Shown here: one piece after another, positions 51,614-64,000 of the stretch | How the letters are laid out: every line of letters begins with the position of its first letter | Position numbering within the stretch: the stretch's first letter is position 1 | DNA from: Octopus bimaculoides | Lineage: Eukaryota | NCBI RefSeq assembly: GCF_001194135.2 | Contig: NC_068982.1 | Coordinates: 179,419,895-179,483,894 of the forward strand | Reading direction: 5' to 3' | DNA length: 64,000 nucleotides | The notes under the pieces: generated by a model | Told to the model about the DNA's origin: nothing | The model's input: only the letters and a program-made list of their open reading frames with translations | Database searches by the model: none | Translations under genes and position numbers: made by a program

Positions 51614-52573
51614 GCACGCACACACACACACACATACATACTCACACAAGCTGGAAAAGATTCAAAACCACGAAATTTTTTAAACCGTGTTTCTTCCTTT
51701 ACAATTAATTATTATATTAGTATTATTTTATGAATATATGGGGGAAATTCTAATTAATTAGTTTTAATTTTCTTATTGACTTCATTTGGAGAGAAAGGTC
51801 ATGATTATGCCCTTTGCAATTGATCCGCAATTGTCTGCAGTATAACTTTGAATGAAAATACTGTTGGCACTTAAATATTGCGTGGCAACATTTAAATACA
51901 CTTTATGCTAACATAAAATTCAACATAAGACTAAGAGTTATACAATTGTTTTCACTGCAACCAAACACAAAACACTTAGTGTGTGGCCTCAACAAGGTAA
52001 AACAATGTATTACATCAGGTTCCGCTTCAGTGGTGGGAGAAGAAGGATGAAGATAAGAACATCAGAAATACATTTATATAATAACTGTTAGAAGTGAGTA
52101 ATATGGCATATTGTAAAGATTTGGCTTATCTTTCTAGAAGAAACAGAATGTATTAACTGAGTGTTTGTGGTACTGGCAGTAATGTTAATGGCTGAACAAT
52201 ATGGAAGCCATTTCTGATAGAAAAATTTATAACATCCTGTGATGTTTTCCGATCATGTTAATAAATAAAGATGTAGTGGGACTACTTCTTTTGTTGTTGT
52301 TGTTGTTGCTGTTGTTGCTGTTATTGTAGCTATTGTTTTGTTACTGTCGTTCTTGTTTTTCTATATTCACAGTTTGTGTTGTGTCTTTTCAGTCTCCTTC
52401 CCTTCACCTTCTTCTTTTTCTTCTTCATCCTCTCCACTTCCCCTTCACTTTCTTATTTTCTCATTTTTCTTCATTTTCCTATTTTCTCCTTCTTATTCTT
52501 ATTCCACTTCATCTTCTCATTTTCTTCTCATTTTCTTAATTTTTTCTTCCAGCACTACTACTACTACTACTAC

Positions 52574-52605
<32 letters not shown>

Positions 52606-53417
52606 CTTCTTTTTCTTCTTCTTCTTCTTCTTCTTCTTCGTTATTGTTCTTTTTCCCTTTTTCTACTTCTTTTTCTCTTTTTTTTTCAGTTGCCCCTTCT
52701 TTTTTTGGTGTTCTTCTTTGTCATCTTTTTTCTTTCTTCCTTCTTCTTCCACTTCCTCCTTTTCTTCTTCTTCTTCTTCTTCTTCTTCATGTCAGTCGAC
52801 CTTTGCTCTCCTCCACCAGAATTTCTAGCCTTGTGTTTAAGTAGGAATAACTATTACTATTATTGTTGCTGTTGTTATTCTTGGTCTCGTTCTCGATGGC
52901 GTTCTTTTGACATCATCATCATCATCATCACCACCACCGCCACCACCAAAATCCTTGTTGTTGTTGTTGTCGTTGTCGTCTCATCATCATCATGACTCCA
53001 GATGTTCTTTAAGAACAGTTTTATGCAAATTTCTACTGCATTACCAATTTCGGTTAATTCTATCTTTCAAAAATGTCTGCTGCGAATGTAGAACTCTGAA
53101 AGTACAACCACATCAGTTTCAGTTTCTTATAGTAGGGGACAGGGTCTGAGATTTCTGGTGCTATTTTGGCATTTTTATGAACAATATCTGTTTTATTACT
53201 TTGTTGGGTGATGTCTGTGTTTCCAGATAAACTGCGTGATTGGTGCTACATGTTTCACTATCGGAGTGTGATTCTGTATGGCACAGGCAGTTTGGTTTGT
53301 GTAGCATCCATGAGAGGCAATTGCATTAAAAGTAAATCCTGTGAGTTGCTGACGTGATAGTGTGGGATGTATCAGTTGTGTGTGTGCTGAGTTATTTTGA
53401 ATGCTGATCATCTAGAG

Positions 53418-53787
53418 CAGCATTTCTCGACGTCGGGCTTGGGGAAATTGTGGTGGGGCGTGAGAAAATTGTAGTGGGGTGTGGGGTCCAATTGTTTTCT
53501 TTATTTTTTTTTTAGTAGAACATGGAATTGTTAAAATCTTTTTTTACAGCAAACACACTATACCTATACTCAGCCTAACCAAACCAATCCCTCCAGTCAA
53601 ACATACTGTGTGAAGATTGTTTGCTACAGCGCTATTCTAACGATCTAGTGGGGATATTTCTTTAAGGAAAATATATTATTATGAAGTATTAAAGATAAAG
53701 TATTTTAAACAACCACAGATGGGGCATACATACACTTTTTTGGAAAATTATAGTGGGGCCTGAGGGAAAATAGGTTGAGAAACACTG
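53418..53787. mobile_element. hAT (Charlie-like) MITE
   Basis: TIRs cagcatttctc / gagaaacactg; 8-bp TSD atctagag vs atcaaaag (6/8), matching the NTCTAGAN Charlie-type target. Confidence 0.7.
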
Positions 53788-55009
53788 ATCAAAAGCATGT
53801 GTTGTGAGTGCTATTGTATTTTATTGGCTGGTAATTGAATAGGATATGTTTTATGGAATGGACGTAGTATTTCAGTCGTGTTTTAAGCTTAAAGAATTTT
53901 GCATAGTTTGGAGGTAATAACTTTTTGTGTGTGTGTGTGCTTTAATTTTTTCAGGCACCGGACTGAGGCCATGTTTGTAGGGTTTTAGTCGAACGAATCG
54001 ACCCCCGCCCAGTACTTATTGTTTTGAAGCCTTCTACTTATTCTGTCGATTTCTTAGTACCAACCGCTCAGTTACAGGGACGTAAATAAATCAATACAAG
54101 CTGTTAATCGATGATTGGGAACAAACGCTAACGCAAAAATACATATACACACATACATACATACATACATATATAAATGTATATATATATATATATATAT
54201 ATATATNNNNNNNNNNNNNNNNNNNNNNNNNNNNNNNNNNNNNNNNNNNNNNNNNNNNNNNNNNNNNNNNNNNNNNNNNNNNNNNNNNNNNNNNNNNNNN
54301 NNNNNNNNNNNNNNNNNNNNNNNNNNNNNNNNNNNNNNNNNNNNNNNNNNNNNNNNNNNNNNNNNNNNNNNNNNNNNNNNNNNNNNNNNNNNNNNNNNNN
54401 NNNNNNNNNNNNNNNNNNNNNNNNNNNNNNNNNNNNNNNNNNNNNNNNNNNNNNNNNNNNNNNNNNNNNNNNNNNNNNNNNNNNNNNNNATATTGAACAC
54501 TCAATATTTCATCTACATTCAATACTTTCTTTCATGGTGCCATCCATTTTTATTTTATTTTATTTTATATTATATATTGTATATTATATTATATATTGTA
54601 TATTCCATATTCTATACCCCACATTGGTTCTGCAGGAATATAAATAAAACATAAAAAGCAGACAGTGTTGGAACTCTTTTAAACAAAATAATATATTCCT
54701 CTATACACAATCATACAAAAAAACCACCTTTTTTGTATTTATTTTTACTCGCATATATATATATGCTACATGTGTCGCTATACAAGTTACTTGAAGGTTG
54801 CTTGCTTAGAGGAGGTGGAACGAAAAGGCAGAATGAAGGCAGCAGATAGCAGCATGATCCAGCAGCAGAACCAGCAACAGAGCTAGCAGCAAAGCCGCAG
54901 CAGTAGCAACAACAGAAGTCTTTAGAAGTGAAGAACAGTATTTTTTACCCAAATGACCACTATTTTCACCGATCACTATTTCCAGAGAACCACTGGTTGT
55001 AGGCAGTTG

Positions 55010-55260
55010 TGGAGGTGTGTGGCTTAGTGGTTAGTGTATTGGACTCGTGATTGTAAGATTGTGGTTTCAATTCCTGAAACGGGCGATATGTTGTGTTCTT
55101 GAGCGAAACACTTCAATATCACGTTTCTCCAGTCCACTCAGCTGGCAAAAATGAGTAATCCTGCGACGGACCGGCATCCCGTCCAGGTGGGGAATTTATA
55201 TGCCATGAATACCGGGAAACCGGCCCTTATAAGTCAGTCTCATTCCAGAAGGTAACTTTA
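55010..55260 (+). mobile_element. SINE, family C
   Basis: Same head and body as 4900-5145. Confidence 0.85.
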
Positions 55261-55768
55261 CTTTTAATACCGGCGTAGTTCCGAGAATAGTCTGAGTGTA
55301 AGCATATGAAATCGTCCTATTTTCAGTACCACTCTTCTTCCTTCCTTTTTTTTAAAAAATACTACCTATCAACATCCCCCTCTGGGTGAAAGACCCGGTA
55401 GATTGTCAGCAACTTCAATTTTATCTCTGTTCTTAATATCTTTGAACATTAGATTATTCCCGTGCTGTACCTGAAAGTTGGATACGGCTTTTGAATTTAT
55501 AGCATTGATGCTATTTTGAGTTTGAATTTAGGTTTTCTTCTTACCCTTTGGAAATGTATTTTCCTCACTTTATCTTTCATTATTCTGGCTTTTAAACCCT
55601 TAGATTCCAAGACACCAACTTTTTTCTGTTTTTCTTTCGTTTTTTTTGTTTTGTTTTTTTTCTCCATATATGGCTCGAAATATTCTACCTTTCTCTGCAT
55701 TTCGAACTTCGGTGTTATGATTTTCTACTCCCTCCGGTTTTTCAGATAATCAGATAATCTAAAGAAAA

Positions 55769-56520
<752 letters not shown>

Positions 56521-58204
56521 AAATAGTTGTTGTAATATTAGTTAGAACAGTCGCCGTCCTTATATTCCGAATTTTCGTGATCTGCATCTTTCTATTTTGT
56601 TCTATATTCTCTAAGTTTTCTATCTCTTCTGCCTCTTGATCAATGTTCAAATTGGCGTTTTTGTTCTCCTTTGTCCTTCTCTTGCTCGTCTCTCTCTCTC
56701 TCTCTCTCTCATTCCACTTATGTCTCTTTTTTTTTTTTTAGTTTTCTTTGTTCTCTTCTACATCCACATCTTTTTTCGTCCTTTCCCTTCTGCCTTTCTC
56801 CTTCGTTTTCTTCTACGCTTCTTCTTTCTCTTCCCCCACATCTCCTTATCACCCTTCTCTTATACTTTTGATCGGTCTTTTTCCTTTTCCACTTCCTTCA
56901 TTCTTCACCTGTTCCTGCTCCTCTTTTTCCTCAATTTTTACTATTTCGTTGTTGTGGTAGTTGTCCGTTTTCTTCTCTTCGCTCTGAGTGTTTTCTCGTG
57001 TTTCTCTTTCCTTTTCCTCTTGTTCTTGGATGCTCATTTTACTGTTTTCTTGTCCTTCTTCTCCTTCTCCGCCCTCATATTTTTTTTCACTTTCCTTTCT
57101 CAGAATACTTTAGGTTTCAATGTTGTTTATCGTATTTTCAGTACATTATGGGAAAATATCTTAAATATAAATTATGAGTGCTTTTTATCTTTGTTAAAAA
57201 TTCCAAGAAAATCTGAAAATAAATTTAAGTATAATTTTCTCATCTCCAGAAATTTTATTCACTCAATTTTCGAAATGTAGCCATTTCGTTCTTCTCAAAA
57301 TGTTTGAGTATTAAATATACAAAATATGAAAAATTGTTTAAAGGTGGGAATAAAATTAGCCCCCAAATAGAAAAAGAAAATGTTGACAGAGCTATCCTTA
57401 TTACGTCCAAGACTGTAGGAAGAAGGGTCAGAAGCTAATAGAATAGAAAGTTTTACATTCCTTCTTAAATAGCTAGCTAAGAAAACAATGAAGAAAGAAA
57501 AACAGAATTAAAATGAATTTGAGAAATGGTTTAGAAATTCCGTTTGGGAAAAATGTGAAAAACAAACCAAGTGATAAATTTTAGATTTAAAACACTTTTT
57601 TTGCTTTTTGTTTATTTCAATTTAAAATTGTTGGAAATAATTCTATTTGATATATAGAAATACAGAAAAAAATCTGATTGCCATAAAGAAATTTCAAAAA
57701 AAATCTGATTGCAAACTATAAATCAAACTACATAAGAATATGTAAGTACAGTATATCGATTTCATTCCACTCTTAAAGCTAAAAGATATTTTCGGTTAAC
57801 GCACACACTACTATTAAGCTTATTGTAACACACTATTGCATAATCCTTTTCATTGGCTGTGAGTCGGCTTATATATGTTGCAGTTTATAATGGTTTCTAA
57901 TTTTGGTACGAGACCAGCAATTTCGAGGGAAGGGGTTAAGTTGATTACATTGATCCAAATACTGAACTGGTACTTATTTTATCGATACTGAAAGGATGAA
58001 AGGTGAAGTTGGCCTCGGTGGAATTTGTTACAGTATATGTTGCAAACTGTCTTGCAATTCTAAGTTCTAGTCAGGATTTCGTCTAGTTCCACCCTAACCT
58101 TTCAATTCCGTGAAATAAGTACAGATAATCTAGAATCACTGCTTCAGTAGACTGTATCTAGTTTCTTAAAAAGAAATTGCTTTTACTATTTCAGATTTTT
58201 TCGA

Positions 58205-58560
58205 GGTGTATGCATGGCTGAGTGGTTAAGTACTCGCTTCGCAACCAGGTGGTTTCCATTTACTTCAGTGTACGACAATTTGGGTAACTACCTCTTGCAA
58301 TAGCTCCGAGCCGGCTAATACCTTGTGAATGAATTTGATAGAAGCTGTATGAAACTCCGTCATATATACGTGTGCATGCACAAGTGCTATGTGTTTGTCT
58401 CTGTCAGTACTTGGCAACCAATGTTGGTAGCCTAGCGGCTCGGCAAAATTAAGAAAATAACAGAATACGTACCAGACGTTAAAGAAATAAATACAGGGGT
58501 CAATTTGATTGAGTAGCTCCTTCAAAGCAGTCCCCAGCATGGCTGCTGTCCAATGAGTGA
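58205..58560 (+). mobile_element. Diverged SINE, family A
   Basis: ggtgtatgcatggctgagtggttaag...tagcggctcggcaaaa...ccccagcatggctgc. Confidence 0.7.
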
Positions 58561-59191
58561 TGCAAAGAATTTGATTGAGTCTTAAGTCAAGTAAACAGAA
58601 TAAAATCGAAACCAATTTTATCGATGCTGAAAACAAACTTTACGTGCAACTGAAATATTCCGAAGGAAACAGTAATAAAGTAGCTATAGATATAATACAT
58701 CTGATTCGCTTATACTCTGGTGCCAGATGAACCTTTTTTTGGAACACACCGCAGATGTCATTGTATTGTGGTAATTGCAAACAAATATCGTCTTTCTTTC
58801 AATAGAAAGAGAAATCGATCTCTATGACCACTTTCAAATCTCAGCCTGTTCTCATTAGAGATACAACACCGTTAGAAGTACCCACTGAGTGAAATATAGC
58901 TATCAGCTAAATAGCTAATACTTTTATACAAATCCACATATTATTAACTATGATATGCTTCAGGGTTCGTCTATATCTCCTATATGTCTTTCCTAACGAT
59001 TTTTCCATTGATTTTTTCTAACCAAACTTCCCTATGTGACATCTCACTCTTTCCTACTTACAAATACTACTCACACACACGCGCGCAAGCATATGTGAGT
59101 ATTGGTGTATTATTAAGGATATGTTATATATGTGTTCCTGTGTACACACAGATAAACAACATACACACACATGCACACACGCATTCACGCA

Positions 59192-59230
<39 letters not shown>

Positions 59231-59961
59231 TCAGGTATATGTATATCTTATGTATATAGGTTTGTTGAGTTGGGTTTTATGTATGTGCGTTTGCGTGTAT
59301 AAAAATACGCACTTCCGTTTGCTTATGTTGAGTATGTATGTATTTATGTGTGTGCAATCTTCTCTGTGTATACAGCAATGTTTATTTCTTGTTGTATTAC
59401 TACTTTGATAAACAAACATTTTAGAGTGTCAATAAGAAACAAACGTTAACACATTTGTGGCACGAATGGCAAGATAAATGCCTAGAATAACATGCCAAAA
59501 GTTTCATTCAGAATCCTGCAAACATTAATTAATCTATCTTCAACCCTACATAATGAAGACAGACGCGGGCCAATACTTCTTTTATTTGGCAATCAATTTA
59601 TGTCCACTCCGTCCAAAATTTTTAAGTGTATTGTAGGTGATACTCCATCATGGTCGTTGTCTATGTAACTTCAGCCACACAATGAAGTTTAGGTTGTGTG
59701 TGTATCTTGTATCTATGAGTCTCGTGCAGGAGACGCCAGCGAAGTAAATTATAATAAAATACTAAATATTTATACATGTCCATATGTTTGTACAGATTGC
59801 ACATGTTTATAATGGAAATTAATATATTTTTCATTTGTACACATGCGCACACGCATACATGTATAATAAATACAGATGCGTGTATGTACGTACGTACGTA
59901 TGTATGTATACGTATAAATACACACACACACACACACACATACACACATATATATATATAT

Positions 59962-60020
<59 letters not shown>

Positions 60021-60863
60021 GTGGTCTGATCAATAAGTATCCGGACTGTTGCCATAAAAACGAGGCTAAGGGACGCAGAGTGAAGCCGCTTGGCAAAAAT
60101 TGATCTTGAACTCTGTTGAGCATACGAACTAAGGTATGTAATGCATGATCGTTCCATTGAGCATGACAGAGAAAGTTGAGCAGAGAATCTGCATCAAATT
60201 TTACCAAAAGCTTGGCGATACTTACTCAAAGGCCTACGCAAAGTTTTCAATAAGTTTTCATCGTTCTCGACACAATCAAGGAGATCTTGTGCAACTGAAA
60301 CCTCAGTGTCCTTTTGGTCAGCTGAAAGCAGTTTTGGCACAAACTTGACAGACACGTGTCTCATACTCAAATCTTCAGTGATAATGGACTGAACTGAACC
60401 GTGACTAATCTGCATATCCTCTGATAACTCATGGATGGTGATTCGATAATCCCCTCACAGCTGCACGCACATCTGCGATGTTTTTCTCAATTCTGCTGGT
60501 TGCAGGTCTCCCAGAACGTTCGTCACTATCGACATTTTTTCGGCTATCTTGGAAACTTCTGAACCATTCGTGCTTTTGTGAGCGGCTGATACACTCCTCC
60601 CTATATACTTTCTGCAACATTGCGTAGGCCTCTAAGCCAGTATCGCCATGACAATTTTCTCTGTCATGGTCAATGCAACGATCACACGCTACACACCTTC
60701 CTTCCAAGCACTGCTGTAAACAGCAGAAGTAAGCTAGAAAGTTAAAACTTATTTCGCATGCACAACAGAGTTCAAGGTCAATCCTTGTCGAGCGACTTCA
60801 CCCTGCGTGCTTTAGCTTCGTTACTATGGCAACAGTCCAGATACTTATTGGTCATGCCTCGTA
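60021..60863. mobile_element. Fold-back mariner derivative made of two inverted 5' ends
   Basis: TIR-like ends (atcaataagtatccggactgttgccat and its reverse complement). Left arm reads MTEKVEQRICIKF on +; right arm reads HEWF..F...DSDERSGRP...FVPKLL on -. Confidence 0.85.
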
Positions 60864-61769
60864 TGTATTACACAGAACTGCTAAAATCTTTTCGTTCAAG
60901 CTCTTTTTATCACTTTTAACCACATCCTTCTATCTCTAATTCCTAATACCAACTAACCCTGTAATGCTTAGCGTATTCCCTGGTTCCTCGTACTGCAAGC
61001 AGAGCTCTCTGTAAATCATTTGTCTGTGTAACTAAGCTTTGGCCAAATGAGGGTTCCCTACACAAATATCTCTTCAGTACTACAAACCGTCGGCTTTTTT
61101 TTCTGGGGTGGTGGAATTTCTGTCCTTGTTTTGTAAGTGGTGCCCATAATTTATCTCGAGTCTCACGTCATAAATGCTTAAAGATTTTTCGTTCTTTCGT
61201 TTACCATTAAACCATTTATCTATTTTCGATATATATTCTATACTTCTGATCCCAAAAATGAGGTGGTTAATGCTATTGCTCAGTATACTTTGCACATCGC
61301 TTAAAACGTTCTAATTTCAACATAGCCTGAAATTTCGTTTGACCCCTAGTTTTAATATTACTACTGACTGTACTGCACATATAGACACAGTGGTTTGCCT
61401 CTAGTAGCGTCTAGGCTTAGATTACGCTACTTCATCTGCGTCATGACCTGGTTGATTCTGTACTTCAGTCTTCTTGGTGGTAATACTGGCTTCAAATTTT
61501 AGCAGAAGATTAGCAATTTCCGAGGAGGTGTTAAGTAATCACATCGAACCCAATACTCAACTTGTGCTTTTTCTTTATCGATTCCGAAAGGGTGAAAGGC
61601 AATGTCGACTTTGGCGAAGTTTGAACTCCGGATGAAATGCCGCTGAGTATGTTTGCCCTGTGCATTAATATTTAAGTCAAACTTTGTAGCTGCGCCACCA
61701 AAAGCATCTACCAGGACCTGCATATCCTCTTCAATAAAATCCACAAAGAGACGCCATTAGCAACCTTCT

Positions 61770-62160
61770 AGGCATAACTATGTGGTAAGAAGCTTGCTTC
61801 CCAACCACATAGTTTTAGGTTCAGTCCTACAACGTGACACATTGGGCAATTGTTTTCTACTATAGACCCCCAACCGACCAAGGCCTTGTGAGTCGATTTG
61901 GTGGACGGAACTGAAAGAAGTCTGTTATGCATGTGCATATGTGTGTGTGTGTGTGTGTGCCTGCGTATGTCTCATACCACCACTTGTCGATCGGTGTTGG
62001 TTAGTTTATGTCTTCGTAACGTAGCGGTTCGGCAAAAAGAGATGACAGAATATGTACTAAGCTTAAAAATAAGTATTGAGGCCGATTTATCGACGAAACC
62101 CTTCAAGGCGGTGCCCCAGCATGGCTGCAATTCAGTGAATGAAACAACTAAAGGATAAAA
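61770..62160 (+). mobile_element. SINE, family A
   Basis: tgtggtaagaagcttgcttcccaaccaca...caaggccttgtgagtcgatttgg...ggtgccccagcatggc. Confidence 0.8.
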
Positions 62161-62337
62161 GATAATATAAGCCCATTGCCCCTCATTCATGAAAGACCTC
62201 ACTTGCAGAGAGGGAGGAGACGCATCAGATGTGAATTCATGTATACAAACACACACTCACACACATACACACACACACACACTCACATGCATACACGCCC
62301 ACAGACACCTCACACACATGTACCCGTGTGTGTGTGC

Positions 62338-62374
<37 letters not shown>

Positions 62375-62490
62375 CATACATANNNNNNNNNNTATATATA
62401 CATACATACATACATAAATGCATGTATATATATACACACATATATATGCATACTTACATGCATACATACATGCATTGAGACACACATGCA

Positions 62491-62576
<86 letters not shown>

Positions 62577-62699
62577 AGCAACACACATATAGATATATAC
62601 TGCACTTCATATTCAATGCTCCGATGAAGCTGCAAACCGTTACTCAGGTAATCAACTATGAGTCCACTGCATCCTATAGGAGAAACAGCCGTAAGCTAA

Positions 62700-63088
62700 C
62701 GAGGTCATAAGATGATGGTCACCGGCTTCTTTCTTCGTGATGAATTTCGGTACGACAGGCTGCAAACTCCCTACACCACTTGCGGATGTTTTTGATATTC
62801 ATGCACACTCGCTATACACTTCCGTTAATTAACGATGAATTTCAATCGGTTTAATGCCTTTTGCGTTCAGAAGCCGAATAACTGCGCGAACTTCACACTT
62901 GGCAGTAGCGTCAATCGGGTGCTCCATCAGATAAGTGTGCCAAACCAAGACTGAGCGTGGTAGCATGGCGCGCGCAGGAGCAGGTGCAAACGTATGCACG
63001 ACAAACACAACAGTGTTGCCAATAGCCGCACGCACAATTTCCTTGCTTGCCCAGTGCTTTAGAGACCTTACTTTGGGGATTACTCTCG
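62700..63088 (-). mobile_element. Mariner 5' fragment (HTH region)
   Basis: TA plus TIR-like cgagagtaatccccaaagtaaggtctc; MEHPIDATAKCEVRAVIRLLNAKGIKPIEIHR, then frameshifted NIRKWCREF...EIHHEERS. Confidence 0.8.
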
Positions 63089-63293
63089 TATGTGTGTGTG
63101 TGTGTATCATGGAATCTCTCGTCGTTAGACAACTACACAGACGATTTGTTAATAGTGATCAAATACTTGTGTTCATATAAGCACACTCCCTCCATCAAAT
63201 CGATATTACCTGTACAGGTGCACCATGTGCCACATGTCAGATGACATGAGCAACGTGAAAATGAAGTGTTTTGCTCTCTCTCTCTCTCTCTCA

Positions 63294-63366
<73 letters not shown>

Positions 63367-63546
63367 TTGGTATGTTGTCTGCAGATGTAGTCGATAACAG
63401 ATTTAATTATCGATTATTGACCATTCAAACGTTCGTAATTAAGTACCTGAAATATCAACAGTTTGTTTTCTCTTTGTTTTTTAATCTATACATACATACC
63501 TACCTACATACATGCATATGTACATACATACATAAACGAATACATA

Positions 63547-63588
<42 letters not shown>

Positions 63589-64000
63589 AATGTATGTGCG
63601 TGTTTGTGTGTGTCTTTGTATTGTATACGTCCTTGCAATTATTGAAACACGTGATCTTGGGCTCCTCCTATCCTTTACGTGAGTAAGGCTTATCATTGAA
63701 TGTGTATCTGAGTATTTCACTATTCACATTATTAAGAATGAGAAATTGTTTCAGTGGTCCCTGCCTAAGCACAACGTCCATTGCTGTAAAACAACAATGA
63801 TTATGTAAAAGGCTTCCACGAAATTGTTTCTATGCAGAAAAATAACTTCCTACATATATACATACATACATACATACATATATATATATATATNNNNNNN
63901 NNNNNNNNNNNNNNNNNNNNNNNNNNNNNNNNNNNNNNNNNNNNNNNNNNNNNNNNNNNNNNNNNNNNNNNNNNNNNNNNNNNNNNNNNNNNNNNNACAC

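Overview
AT-rich eukaryotic draft-assembly sequence with many N gaps, almost all adjoining (CA)n/(TA)n microsatellites. There are no prokaryotic features. The SINE families look like octopus/cephalopod repeats (recognised from memory, not searched). Most of the supplied ORF track is artefact from microsatellites and gaps. Most of the window is transposon debris: Tc1 (DD34E), maT (DD37D) and mariner DNA transposons; hAT-, pogo- and TTAA-type MITEs; RTE, R4/Dong and Penelope-like retroelements; and many tRNA-derived SINEs. The main signal absent from the ORF track is a candidate minus-strand protein-coding gene built from small and micro-exons (11-170 nt). They sit in two repeat-poor clusters (1476-4227 and 37486-39158), have GT-AG sites, and splice in frame without stops. 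I chose these exons by eye and could not assign the protein. Secondary points are a ~320-bp palindrome carrying two minimal hammerhead-ribozyme motifs each mutated at catalytic G5, R4/Dong copies nested in (TACA)n arrays, and a fold-back mariner made of two 5' ends.
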